Assembly: GCA_046563655.1 (NCBI GenBank)
Contig: CM102283.1
Location: 5,580,001 to 5,644,000, forward strand
DNA length: 64,000 nt
Origin: Yuukianura sp. NJ FZ-2021
Lineage: Eukaryota
Direction of reading: 5' to 3'
Below the pieces are notes generated by a model. The model was given only the letters and a program-made list of their open reading frames with translations. It was not told where the DNA came from and searched no databases. Positions 25,930-37,908 of this stretch are shown piece by piece. How positions within the stretch are numbered: position 1 is the stretch's first letter; every line of letters begins with the position of its first letter. The position numbers were made by a program, and so were the translations under genes.

Positions 25930-27320
25930 ATGAGCGGAGAAGACACTGAAGGAGATCATTGGCTCACAGTCTGGGAGGCTGCTGCAGCAAACGAAATTGA
26001 GTCTCGTTCGGATCTTGACATTAACGCAGAGCAAGCAGCTGTAGCTCAGAAGTTATGGATATCCTTCCAAAGTACTGCCACGACCATTGCACAGGTCAGT
26101 TCAAATGTAATCAACCAGTATAAGGTGTCTATAACACTGGATATATTAGACATTGCTTAACAATTGATTTATGTCAAGGTTGATGTCTATTTGTTTTTTA
26201 ATCTTAGGTGTATATGGAAAGAGGAAACGGAGGAGCCGAGGCCTTCAGAAACGCTGCACGGGATGCCACTTTACTGTATAAAGGCACGTAAAATTGGTTA
26301 ATCAGCAGACATACATATCTGAAATCTGTCGATTTCAGGCCCTATTCTTAAGCAATATCCATCTTCGTTTACATGGAATATAAATTTTTTCTTGTACTTG
26401 CAGAAGGGATCGAATCAGGACGAAGACTATCAGATATAGGTTGTACTGTCGGGTATACGCGCAGATCTAAGGAAATCCTATCATGGGCGAAGAAACGACG
26501 AAAATTTATCAGGTATACTAATTTCGTAATACGCGTGATGAATCATCAGATGTTTTAGTCCAGAGTTCAGTTTACGACAACGTTTCGTCAGTGCCGGATT
26601 CCAGGACAGACACAGAATGGTCGTATGGGTCTGGGTCATTGATTTGTACGATTGACAGTGTTTGACCTAATACGTTTTGATTTGATTTCACAGGCGAGAG
26701 GAGCTCATTGGAATGCTGGCAGGCATTCGGAAACCATCTCCTTCACTTACTACTGGCAACCATACCCACAATCATACACATAGCCACAGCCACATTCATC
26801 ACCATGGCCATGGACCCATCGAAGACGAGTCAGATCTCGCCACTTTCAGGTAAATATTTGAATCCTGGTTTATCAACCCATTTGCAGCTAATTACGAAGA
26901 AAACGGGCCAAGGTAAGGATTAACGACTGTTGTAACTACACAGTGTAGCTACTCTGGGCCATCTTTGGTGGCTACAAAAGGCATCTTTACCACAGCGGCA
27001 ACAATGCAGCCACTTTAACTTAAATAAAGTGGCAACATTAGTTGCCGGACAGTGTAGCCACTCATTGTATCCACTAAATATGCTCGAAGCGGCTGTAATG
27101 GCGGTCGTTAAACCTTACCCCAACCGAAAAACGATATAAAACGATGATGATACAAGTGATGATTAATCGCTATGTGTTTTATATTTCCAGAGCTGCTGTA
27201 GGCAGACATCCCACCCTTCAAACCTTGGTGACCACCGAGTTCCAGCGCGTGAAGAGATCTTCTTCCCCTTCTGATGTTCATATGGACTCCCCGCAACCCA
27301 AAAAAAATCGCTTTTTCTAA
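25930..27320 (+). CDS. HAPSTR1: HUWE1-associated protein modifying stress responses (C16orf72/UPF0472 family), 5 exons
   Basis: QKLWISFQSTATTIAQVY, FRNAARDATLLYKE, GYTRRSKEILSWAKKRRKFIRREELI and C-terminal MDSPQPKKNRFF* match family motifs. His-rich insert in exon 4. Confidence 0.87.
26912..27119. mobile_element. Small putative MITE in HAPSTR1 intron 4
   Basis: Inverted ends GGTAAGGATTAACGAC / GTCGTTAAACCTTACC (1 mismatch), CCAA on both flanks, internal gtagccact-like repeats. Confidence 0.45.
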
Positions 27321-27665
27321 CATTCAAGTTCTTCCCGAATCCGAATCCGCGTCTCCTTCAACCAACTTACCAATAATATAAAGAGTATAAGACACCAAGT
27401 TTACGGTATGCTCAATACTTCTCTACACAAGGCGTTATTGACGAATTTTAATGAATAAATCATACGTAAAAAATGTAAAAACCTTTAGAGGTTGGTATAG
27501 TTTTATCACTCGGCTTAGGGTCATGGTTGCCGGACACCTCGGACATGTTTAAAAATTAGTCATTTCTAACAAGTAACTTTGGAGAAAACAAAATTAAAAT
27601 ATCTATGCTGTGTGGACAAGGTCAAGGGGGAGGAGGGAGTACACGTATTTCGGAAATACTATTTC

Positions 27666-29590
27666 CTACAACTTGCCAGCTTGGGCCTGCCGCTTTCTAG
27701 AGGCTAGTAATTCATAAAACGGAGAATGTGAAATGCTAGCGGTCAAACATTTGACCCAAGCGTCTCTCTCATCTTCACTTCCAGCGCTCATTCGGTAAAC
27801 GTTATGATTTCCCTCGACTACTCGTCCATCTGAGTCTGTTTTGCAAGCTTTTATCACTTCGCCTCCACGATTTGCAAAGATCTCGAACGTGTTGGGCTTA
27901 TTTCTATCAGTTGCAAGACGGATTTGAACATTTTCCAGGGGAATTATGCCTCTCGGTTCTTTGTCTGTTGTGAACTCAAAATAGTACAGGCAGTTGTCAT
28001 TCAGAATGAACCAGCGTCGTTTCCACGTTTTGTATCTCCCGCCTTGTTTCAACAGCCAACCTGGAATAACGCGAATGACAAACCAGTTAGGTTATGAACA
28101 TCAATAACAATATTTAATGCATTTTGAAGCTTGTAAAGTGCTCACCTTCTTTGTCAGGGTTGAAGAAGGTGTGCATGAGATCATTTCCGTCATCTTCTGG
28201 AATTTTGAATGGCTCTGCCTGAATTGAGTTGTAAAAACTGACCAGAAGTTCCTTTGGAATGTCGCCTCCATTGTTAATCCCCCGATTCATGGCGATGAAC
28301 TGCTCAACGGTGGGCTTATCCTATACAAAACAATTCGCATCGTTTAAACACTTTGTAACTCAGTTAACTGATTGATAATATCATTAATTGATATGTCAAT
28401 TACCTTCACCGATGGATTATGCAGACTTGTGTTGAGCATAATAATTGCAAAAGAGAGGACATAACATGTGTCTGTATTTGTGAAAATGTCAGGATTCATG
28501 TGACAGTAACGTTGAGCAAAACATTCCATCATTCTATCAATTTTCTGCGCTTCTCCTGGCAAGCGAAACGACCACAGAAATTGCCGTAGTGCCTACAAAA
28601 CACAAAGAAACTTTCAAAATGAAAATTTCGAAACCGAGATGAATTCGAAATTGAAAGTTAAAGTTACCTGGACGAGGATGAGATCAGTAAAGTCATGGAG
28701 AGCCACGAAAGATCTTAACACGCGCTCATTAAATTCGTTTTTTTCTCCCAAATAGTCTCCTATTGCTGTTTTGTTCAAACCTTCCCCTCGGTACAAAAAC
28801 TGAAAAGACAAATTCCAAACATGAACTTTAAAATTCAAAATTATTTAGCTCCAAATGAAGACTTTTCCTTACTTGTGCAACTTCGTCATCTTCCTTTTTT
28901 AGTCTTCCATGTGAGACTAGGAATTCAATGCCCTTCTTCGGGTCCATATTAAACTTTTTACATCCTAAGCTCATCAGTTTTGCGTCTTTGGAATCTGTAG
29001 AGTCAATGCTGACATTGTCTTCGTGTTCCGCCAACGGTACACGTCCCATGTCCCTCGATACTGCATCAATTTCATTCTGAAGTTGCTCTATCTCTGCCAA
29101 CAGTTCCAACTTCCGTTTCCGTATGTCCTGTAATATCAGTTGCTCTTCGGGGGTCAAATCTGAAACATATTCAAAATGTTAGGTTAGTCAAAACTTTAGT
29201 TTAGAATTATCCTATCGAATATTATGTTAGTAACACTACTACAGGAAGTTCATTTCTCAATTTTCAAGGAGTATGCCGCCATTCTCCGTTTTGAATTTGA
29301 GCAACAGACTAAATGCGATCTTTGTAAGGTAGGTACGGGTGACCTTGATCTCTATTTCTGTTTGTTTTTGCTCAAACTCTCACGTCGCCCCAAGGTTGTT
29401 TGAATTTACTGTATTATTAAAAGTAGTAATTCAAACAGCCTTGCCTCAACGCATTGACTCTGAAAATTGAAGAAAATGAAAAATGATTGAACGAGCTGGA
29501 CAATTGGCGTACACTTTTTGTTTTTAAGAAAAAATTGAATCTAATAGACTCACAGCGTTGAACAAGGTTAACCAAATCTGGGTCGTCCAT
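27666..29590 (-). CDS. step: Cytohesin ARF-GEF (steppke/GRP1): coiled coil, Sec7, PH
   Basis: LTPEEQ coiled coil, [51 protein letters not shown] and PH ([24 protein letters not shown]). First exon 29590-29554 is a phase-compatible candidate only. Confidence 0.95.
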
Positions 29591-30015
29591 GTCCTCAAAC
29601 CGAATGTGAAGTGGGGCACCCATTCCAAGATTGAAATTCAACTTAAAACTTAATTATAGCCTTGTAAACTTGTTACTGGTAAACTGCCGATGTGATTAGT
29701 TGACAATGAAATCAATTGGATTTAATTTACATTGGCCGTATAATGGAAAATTAAGAACTTACACTGCATTTACAGACTGAATACACATGATTAACGCAAA
29801 GTTAGGAGTAAATTGAACGGTGAAAGTTAGAATGGAAACGGAAGAGAGTGGGGGGAATGGTGAACATCTGTCTGTAGCTTTGGAGATGCAGTGCAGATGT
29901 CACATATTTTAGTACAGTAGATTGTAAAAGCAGCGTTTTAGTAAAGAGGAAGTTTCTGTGAGAATCCCACAACGGGTATTTTCTTTTCTTCTGGGAAACC
30001 CCTCTATTCATAATA

Positions 30016-30055
30016 CAAGAATCTTGGCTGGCCTACGGCCAGCCAATGATTCTTG
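30016..30055. repeat. Near-perfect 40-nt inverted repeat/hairpin
   Basis: CAAGAATCTTGGCTGGCC-TAC-GGCCAGCCAA(T)GATTCTTG. Confidence 0.7.
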
Positions 30056-31950
30056 ATTGTTGCGTACGTACCAGTTTGACGGATTAATTAAAAAAAAAAC
30101 GATATCCCAATCGTTAAATTAAAAAAAAAGATCGACCAACAAAAATTGGGTACAATTAGTTAGTATTTAGTATACTTCAACCCTTGTGTTTTATAAAAGG
30201 AGTTAAATTGTCATACGAACAGAGGGTGAATAGAAATCCGAGGAATCCGAGATCCGACTTTTAGCCAGACCCCGTAGAGAGGACACATACGACAGAGCCT
30301 GTGTATCATTTAGATTAAAAAATAACACAGGGAAAACTCTCTGCCAATGCTGATTGCATTGGGAGCAGTATTCGGCACTTCTCCGATTCTCGCTAGGAAG
30401 AGGAGCAGAGGGTGAAGCCAAAAGATCGGGGAGTAGATACACGGAAGTGGAGCAAAAGTGCCGAACTTTGTGTGCGGATACACAGAGGACTTATTGGGAT
30501 CCTGCAATAAGAGTATGATGTTATGTCCTAGTCCCTGTTTGTGATTATAACGGTCACGACGAGATGGAAAGCCTAGGTTAAATTTCTATATCTTCTACTG
30601 TAAAACTCAACTTCGACCCGGCGACCTCAATTTCATTTCAATTTCATCATCGGAGGTGCCCACTTTGAGGATGTTCGGAATATCGAATGGGAACTCTGTA
30701 TCTACGGCTTTCATGATAAAATCCCCACATCAAAGATCCAACAAACACAGATTCTCCACTTACATCCACTATCTGTAAATCCATAATCCCGTAAATTGTT
30801 TACTTAGGTATGCGTTATATCGTAAAAAAGATGCGAATAAAAAGTTAAAATAAAATTGAAATAAAAATCCTGTAAACGGTTGTGAACTTTGCAAAGAGCA
30901 TGTCAATACCCGGTGCCAAGACTACGTGTACGTCTTCTGATAATGGAGTACTAGAGCGACGAAAACGATTGCCGAAGCGTGAGCTAATATGTTGAAAAAA
31001 GTACTTGGAAATTGCATCCAAAAGTAAATTCCAGAGAAAGAATTACCTCGCGTCGCATTGTTGTTGAGACTGTGATTGAATTCCACTCTGGAAAACATTT
31101 TCCGGGTCAACGCCCTTAAGTCTGGTAGTATACGACTGACTTGAAGGAAAGCCAAACTGAATCAGCACTGGAGATGTGGTTCTTAATAATGATGAATTCT
31201 CATTTTCTTTCTATGGATCAAAAGTTGCATTCACATGGCGTCAAACGCGTTTCTCTGAACTGGGTTTTCAGAAGTGAACTTATTGTAAGATGTGCAACGT
31301 ATACTGGAAACTGTCAATTTTGCAACGGTACAGTAAGTTGATGATTCCTTGGTAGCTGTTGCTCATCGTCCTGTACGGTATTGGTCCTTCATGTGCCGAA
31401 ACACCATCAAATCGAGGATGATGAAGACTACGATGAATTACTTGAAGTTGATGTTCCAAAGTCCAAATCCTACCAAATAGAATAAATTGTACACTATGAA
31501 TAATAATCAAATCGCAGATTGTACAGTACTAATTATAGTAGAAATTCAAATCACAGATAACCCTGGCCTGTTAGATGTAAGATGTAATTATACTGTGAAT
31601 TCCATAATATACTACACTTCGTATTAAATAAACTCAAAACCATTTTTGTATTCCTTATCTTAAACGATCGATCAACTTACTGTTCGGTGCTGATTGATTG
31701 ATGAAAATTGACAGATCCGAAGATAGGTAAACTTTTGTTCCAGTACTAGCTAGCAGCTTTATTCATGAAAGCTAAAAATTTATTTTGGCTACAAATTGTA
31801 AAGTTTATGTTCAGCAGAGTTATTTGCCCCGAGGGGAAAACGGAGATCGCGATAAACTGAATTCCAATGGGATAGACCATTCCTCTGAAAAGTTCGGAAT
31901 CTTGGAGTTTTGATGAGACAAGTGTATCCGCGGATGTAACCGCGTTCATC

Positions 31951-32212
31951 GGTTGAAGTAAGCTTTAGGGTGATTAAAAACACACAACTAGTATTGTAAC
32001 CCTTCAAACTTATAGAAATCACACGCAGGAAAATGTAAGATCCTAAACTTGTACCCCAAACTTCTTTTGTTTACGCAAGTATCTCGCCAAACTTAACCTG
32101 GAGGTGCAATAAAGTTCTGTGAGCTCTTCGCCCGCGCTCGGGATACAACATGGGCGTAGGCTACCCATGTTAACCGAGGAGTGCACGATTCACCCAATTG
32201 ATTACTTCAACC
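31951..32212. mobile_element. MITE with GGTTGAAGTAA termini (same family as 37019-37749), older copy
   Basis: Left GGTTGAAGTAAGCTTTAGGGTGATT versus right reverse complement GGTTGAAGTAATCAATTGGGTGAAT; no clean TSD. Confidence 0.6.
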
Positions 32213-32410
32213 GTTCTTTGTGAATGAGAATTGCCGACGTATGGTTCATTTCCGTTTTGTTTTTATTTGGACTTATATTTTGCTTTTTATTAAATGAAGC
32301 AGCAGAACGAAGAATAAATTTATGTCCGTTTAGCATTGACCGACGAATATTGGAGCGCAACTAGTGTTTGTGGTTGACAGGAAAGTTCAGTACCTTTTGA
32401 CGTTATAACA

Positions 32411-33586
32411 ATGGAGGGGTCTGGTGTTCGTACACGGGCTCAAACGAGGCTGTATCCAAAATTGAACAATCCCAACGATGAGCCTATCGAGGAGGATACG
32501 AATAATTTACAACCGGATTCATCCGACAGTGAGCCAGGGTATATACTACACTAAATAATACGTGTTTATAAATGATAACTCAAATGTAGTTATGACAAAA
32601 CAAGCACTTTGACTCGGAGTATTTGTTTGTTTTTAAGGGACGAGACTTCCTACAATGACAGCGAAATTATCCGGCCTACGACGTCCAGTGCGACTAAACA
32701 AGTGCTGCCTTCAGCTCCTCGTAATGATAACACTACGACACAGCAGAAACCTACGAAAAGGTTGTTTACTTTTGTAGTCGAATTCCTTGGAGGGAGTCCG
32801 ATGCTGAAAGTAGGTCTAGTGGCCGTAGCTTTGCTGCTGCTGCTGTGGTATGGGCCGTATTCGTTCAAACCCACGACAATCACGTCGCCGAAGTCTAGGT
32901 CACCGCAGCAAGACTTCGAACGAGGTTTCAAACGTGTTTCGGATCTTTTCAAGTCCCAGACACCTCACACCAATGACTCTATACACCTCGCTCTTAGTCG
33001 GATCATCGACAAAAAGGAACCCGGCGATCCGTCTTCTATGATTGTCCTGGTTCCACCTCAACTCTCCACGTCCACATTTCCTCTATGCTTTGTCAAGGTT
33101 TACAGCCAACTTCTCAACCAGCAGAACAAGACTGTACCCAAAATCATTGACGCCAGTCGCGTTGGGAATACTCCAGCACCAGAAATTGCAACAGAACTTC
33201 GTAACTACTTCACGAACGGTGGATTAGCCGTCATTGTTCGAGGTATTGACCAGTTGAAACGCACCACCCACTTCGAATTGTTCCATACATTCACGGATTC
33301 TACTCATGCTAAGGTGAAAAGAGCCGCTTACTTCTTCCTCGTCGATGTACCAAGCAATTTGTACCATGAACAAGAAAGTCGAAGTGGCAACTGGAAGCAG
33401 AGTGATTCCAAACTGTCAAAAGTTGGGAATCAAATCCTGACACAAGCATGGAGTACTTCGGAGCTTGACAAAGATTATGTCGATCCATTGTTAACGAGAA
33501 TTGGGAGCTGGGGAACAATATTACTGAACAGTGGAGATACATGTGATGACAACTTATTTACTGGAAAAGTGATGACCGAGTTGTAA
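32411..33586 (+). CDS. Torsin-interacting protein, LAP1/LULL1 (TOR1AIP/Torip)-like type II membrane activator (exons 32411-32538, 32638-33586)
   Basis: Acidic N-terminus, single TM (LKVGLVAVALLLLLWY), lumenal domain with F..SQ, PSSMIVL, ELFHTFTDSTHAKVKRAAYFF and the DKDYVDPLLTRIG arginine-finger helix (cf. LAP1 DKLSGLWSRIS), plus two Cys (PLCF, DTCD). The intron is phase 2 on both sides. Confidence 0.82.
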
Positions 33587-33826
33587 ACGGCATTTATTTT
33601 GCGCATGGAATTACATGGCTGACAGCAAGTATTCCAATTCCTTTCTTATTCCAATCCTGTTCTTTTAAATAAACTTTTAACTTCTATTTTACAAAAGAAA
33701 TTTTTGTTACTTTCAGCCTGTCCAGCTTTGTTTCGTTAATAAACGACTTTTTCTGATTATAAATGTGTGAAAGAGAATTTCTTGGTAATTAAAAAAAATG
33801 ATCAAAATAATACTTCTAAGCTTATC

Positions 33827-34471
33827 CTAGTACTCGTCGTCATCATCTTCTTGTAACGACGACGCCGATTGCTGAGTGGTAGTTTGACCAGGAGTGGATC
33901 CAATTTGTACAGCGTACTGCATCATCTGCCATTGTTGCTGCTCTTGCTGCGCCTGTTCTTCTCTGGCTTTAGCAAAAAGTTCTTGCTGTTGTCGTAGTAA
34001 TTCATCTTCTGGAATTCCAAGATGTTCTAATCGAGTCGATTGACGACGTCGTTTTGCAGCGACTTGTTTACAATCCTCTACTACTTCTTGTGCTGCTTGA
34101 CGAAAGTCTCCGAATCCCAATTTATCTAGCGCTGCAAACAGACCAAACAGAGAATTTATCGATCACACTTCACTTGTTACTTCATTTTAAGGCTGTCAAG
34201 TCCAGGACCGCTGTTCCAAAGTAGTGTGATAAATTCGACTTCTAGACTGAGTTAACTTACCACCGAGGACGTGTTCTGGAGAAATCGTTTTCTTCGTCTG
34301 CTGGTTGCAAATTTCGTTGGCTTCTGAAGATACCAAATGAATGAACTCCGTACAACAGTTGAGAATTAATTCGCGACTTTCGTTGGCCACTCGAATATTG
34401 GGTAGGATTTCCTTGATCATCTTATTCATTGCTGCCCGTGGAATAGTAAGGTCTTCCTCAGTGTCAGCCAT
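33827..34471 (-). CDS. Dr1: Dr1 / negative cofactor 2 beta (histone fold), exons 34471-34261 and 34131-33827
   Basis: EDLTIPRAAMNKMIKEILPNIRVANESRELILNCCTEFIHLVSSEANEIC...KKTISPEHV; LEHLGIPEDELLRQQQELFAKAR. Confidence 0.96.
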
Positions 34472-35072
34472 TTAGTAAACAGTTATATCCTGTAAAAAAA
34501 ATGTTAAACGTTTTATAAATAATCAGCCACACCGTGAGGTCACCGCAGTTAGCTTTTCAATTTTGTTTGATTACAAATTAGTCAAACAGAAGTAGTGATC
34601 AATTACAACGTGTGATGATGTACTTTTGGTCTGAAGTTGAGATTTCTTTTTCTCTTACGCACTGGTCACTAATTGACTAATTAGTGATCACAGTTTAGTA
34701 GACAGTGTTCGACTGATCAAAAATTAAAATAAAATCATAAAGGAACAAATCTACATACGGCAACGGAACGGAGTTGTGTGACTTCAAAATCTCCGTTTTT
34801 TTTTCAGACTTGTCAGAGGATTAGAGGAATGGTATTAGGTATAAGTTTGAATTCCGAAATAAAATGTTGAGTTAGTACACTGTCACTGTTATACCGTTTT
34901 ATTTTTTATTCAAATCATTTTTAAAAATTGAAACGTTGACTGTACTGTGTAGTACACAGTGTGTACTGACATCAAACACCAGATGTGGATGTGATTAGTG
35001 TTTAGTTAGTCTCCGCGGTTGTGAACTTTCAACCCGCGTAAAGTTCTGCTTGCAGAACAAATTATTTTTGAA

Positions 35073-36633
35073 ATGACTTCTCAACACCGAACACAGAGTT
35101 GGAGGAATGGGCACCTATTAAAACGATTATTTTGTGTAGTAACATTGGTATCTTCTGTTGTCGTTGTAGTGGAAGCACAAGATCAGCTTAGTCTACAGCA
35201 AAGAATTGTTTTCGGCCTTACTGACTTGATAGGGGAGCGGAATACAAGGTTTGTTAATATGATTCTCCTTGAGCGAATCATTTAAGAATACTAAAAATGG
35301 TTATCAATTTCAAGGAACCGTGGAAGGTGTAGCCCGACTGTTCGGGGCCGTTAAAAATTCTGTTCACGATATTCAACATGACGGAGTTGCACAATGGAGT
35401 AAGAAAGTTGCGTGCAGAGCCGCCAACATCGAGTGCTGTTTTGCCCCCGACATTCGCCCAGATAATTTCATTCGAAGTAGGAACGGAACACCTTAATGCA
35501 GTTATGTGTGATAAGTGTGATGTTAAGTGTGTTATCCTGATGTTGATTAAAGTTGTTGTTTTATTATTAAATAGACCTAGAGGAGAGGCTAAACAAGGAA
35601 TTCTTTGCGCAACATTTAGCAACCGAGAATGTACTAAACGCAATCGCTGCTCATTGGAATGGTAATCCACGAAGACCCCTTGTGCTAAGTTTCCATGGCT
35701 GGACCGGTTCGGGAAAGACTTACCTCGCACAAATCATTGTCAACACATTGTTCCGGAAGGGAGAAGAGAGCCAGTTTTACAAACATTTTACACATGGTTA
35801 CGATTTCTACGATAACAGAGATGAATCCCTTCAAGGAATTCAGGTTATTCACAAAATGCTTTGCATTTGCTAATTCTGTACCAAAATGATCTAAAGTGTT
35901 ATTATCATGTTACAGTCCCGTCTCCACGCTGATCTACTTCTGGTAGCGAAAAGATGCGAGTACGCAGTGTTCGTTTTCGATGAAGTACAGCAGATTTCTC
36001 CAAAAGTGTTGGATGCCTTAGTACCATTTGTTGATTATCCGGGAGTTGTTAATGGTGTGAGCTTCAAGAAGGCAATTTTCATCTTTCTTGGGAATATGGG
36101 TTCGCAAGTAATCACGGAAACCACATTCAATGCCTGGAAAGCTGGAAAGTCCAGAGAAACCCTAAAGATGAAAGACTTCGAGAGTGCAATTAATCTTCGA
36201 AGTTTTAATGAAAAAGGTAATAACTCGTAACAATTGATTTGGTTTATTGTACCTATTACTCACAAAACAATTTTAAATTGTTCCAGCTAGTGGGCTGTAC
36301 CGCAGTAAGCTGATCGACAAAAGTCTAATTGATCATACCATTCCATTTTTGCCTATGGAAAAGCATCATGTGAAATTGTGCATAATGGAAGAAGCCAGTC
36401 GGCAAGGCGTTTTAATATCCCCTGTGGAGGTCGAGTAAGTCGAAAAACTTTTTCCTTGCAGTAGAAACCTCGTGAGTTAATAATTCTCGTTTCTTTTTTG
36501 AATTTTCAGTGAGATCGCTGATAATTTGGAGTATTGGCCTGAGGAAACTCCACTTTTCTCCAAATCTGGATGCAAGAAAGTAGAACGTACAGTGGCGCTA
36601 TGGATATCAAGACATCGACGTACAGAATTGTGA
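35073..36633 (+). CDS. Torsin: Torsin family AAA+ ATPase, copy 1 (first splice junction uncertain)
   Basis: Signal peptide, ECC, LFAQHL-type motif, PLVLSFHGWTGSGKT, VFVFDEVQQ, KKAIFIFLGN, LIDHTIPFLPME, FSKSGCKKV; ends RTEL*. Confidence 0.9.
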
Positions 36634-37018
36634 CGTCATTTAGTCTGTTTTTAACACCTTAATTTCAAATTCTTATTTTTATTCCGAATTCTCTTCCATT
36701 CTTGACGAAACTGGTTTTTACATAACATTTATTTACTAATCAAATCATTATACTGCGGTATAATTATGAGAGGCTCGCAGTATCTATTAATGTATGAAGT
36801 AACTACTAAATAAAAATTAGTTCATTTATCATTTGAACTGAACAACATTTATTGAACAACTCGCATCACACTTTCACACTCATAATAACATGAATGAGTG
36901 GGCAGGATTTGCCGCTTATCGTGACTTTTCAAACACAATCACCCACCCTATAAGCTACTTCAACCGTTCCATGTGAATGAAAATTGCCGACGGAAGCTCA
37001 GTTCCGCTTTGTTTTTAG

Positions 37019-37749
37019 GGTTGAAGTAAACTTGGGTTCCGCGCCTGTCCCCACCCGTTCAAATTTTCGCGCTGCTTCCATTGTCCCCACCAAGTGGAGA
37101 CAACTGTGTCCCCACCAGCCTTAAACAACGACTCCCCCTAGCGGTTGGTGCCGAACTAACGAATCCGAGCTGGCAACGTTGTAGTGTTGCTTCAATGTAA
37201 AAAAGCCGCTGTAGAGAAGCCCACTAAGGAATAGGGAATATGTAATCACTATTGCGAGACTTTTAGTCAGTCAAACCTACAGACGTAATCACTATTGAGT
37301 GCTTTACCAAACCTAACGCCGCGCCTTCGACGCGGAAACTGCAAACAAACTTTGTTCGTGAAGTTTCAGCACGAAACTTCTTGGTACAATGTAGTTTCCG
37401 CGCCGAAGGCGCGGCGTTAGGTTTGGTGAAGCACGCAATAGTGACTACGTCTGTGATTGTCCTACAATAGTGATTTTGTCTGTAGGTTTTTCTGATTTAG
37501 TCTCACTATATTTACTACCTGTGCTCTGGGTGGGGACACTGAAGCAACGGTACAACGTTGCCAGCTCGAATTCGCTAGTTCCACTTCACCCGCTAGGGGG
37601 AGACGGTGTAAGGCTGGTGGGTACACTTTTGTCCCCACCAAGTGGGTACAAATGTACCCACTTGGTGGGGACACTGGGTGGGGACAATGGAAGCAGCGGG
37701 AAAATTTGAACGGGTGGGGACAGGCGCGGAACCCAAGTTTACTTCAACC
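37019..37749. mobile_element. Foldback-like MITE with long TIRs and 8-bp TSD GTTTTTAG (GG termini; Merlin-like assignment tentative)
   Basis: TIR of about 70 bp (GGTTGAAGTAAACTTGGGTTCCGCGCCTGTCCCCACCCGTTCAAATTTT...), further internal inverted arms 37279-37340 / 37393-37454, TSD at 37011-37018 and 37750-37757. Confidence 0.88.
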
Positions 37750-37908
37750 GTTTTTAGTATTTCTACTTTTATTTTGCTTTCTATAAAACACCCACATGAA
37801 CGAAGTTACTATACATTAATTTTTTCATGACCATTTAAAGGTTTCGGTGTCGAGGTGTGAATTCGTAATCCGTGTAAAGTTCCGCTTGCAAAACAAATTG
37901 TTTTTGCA

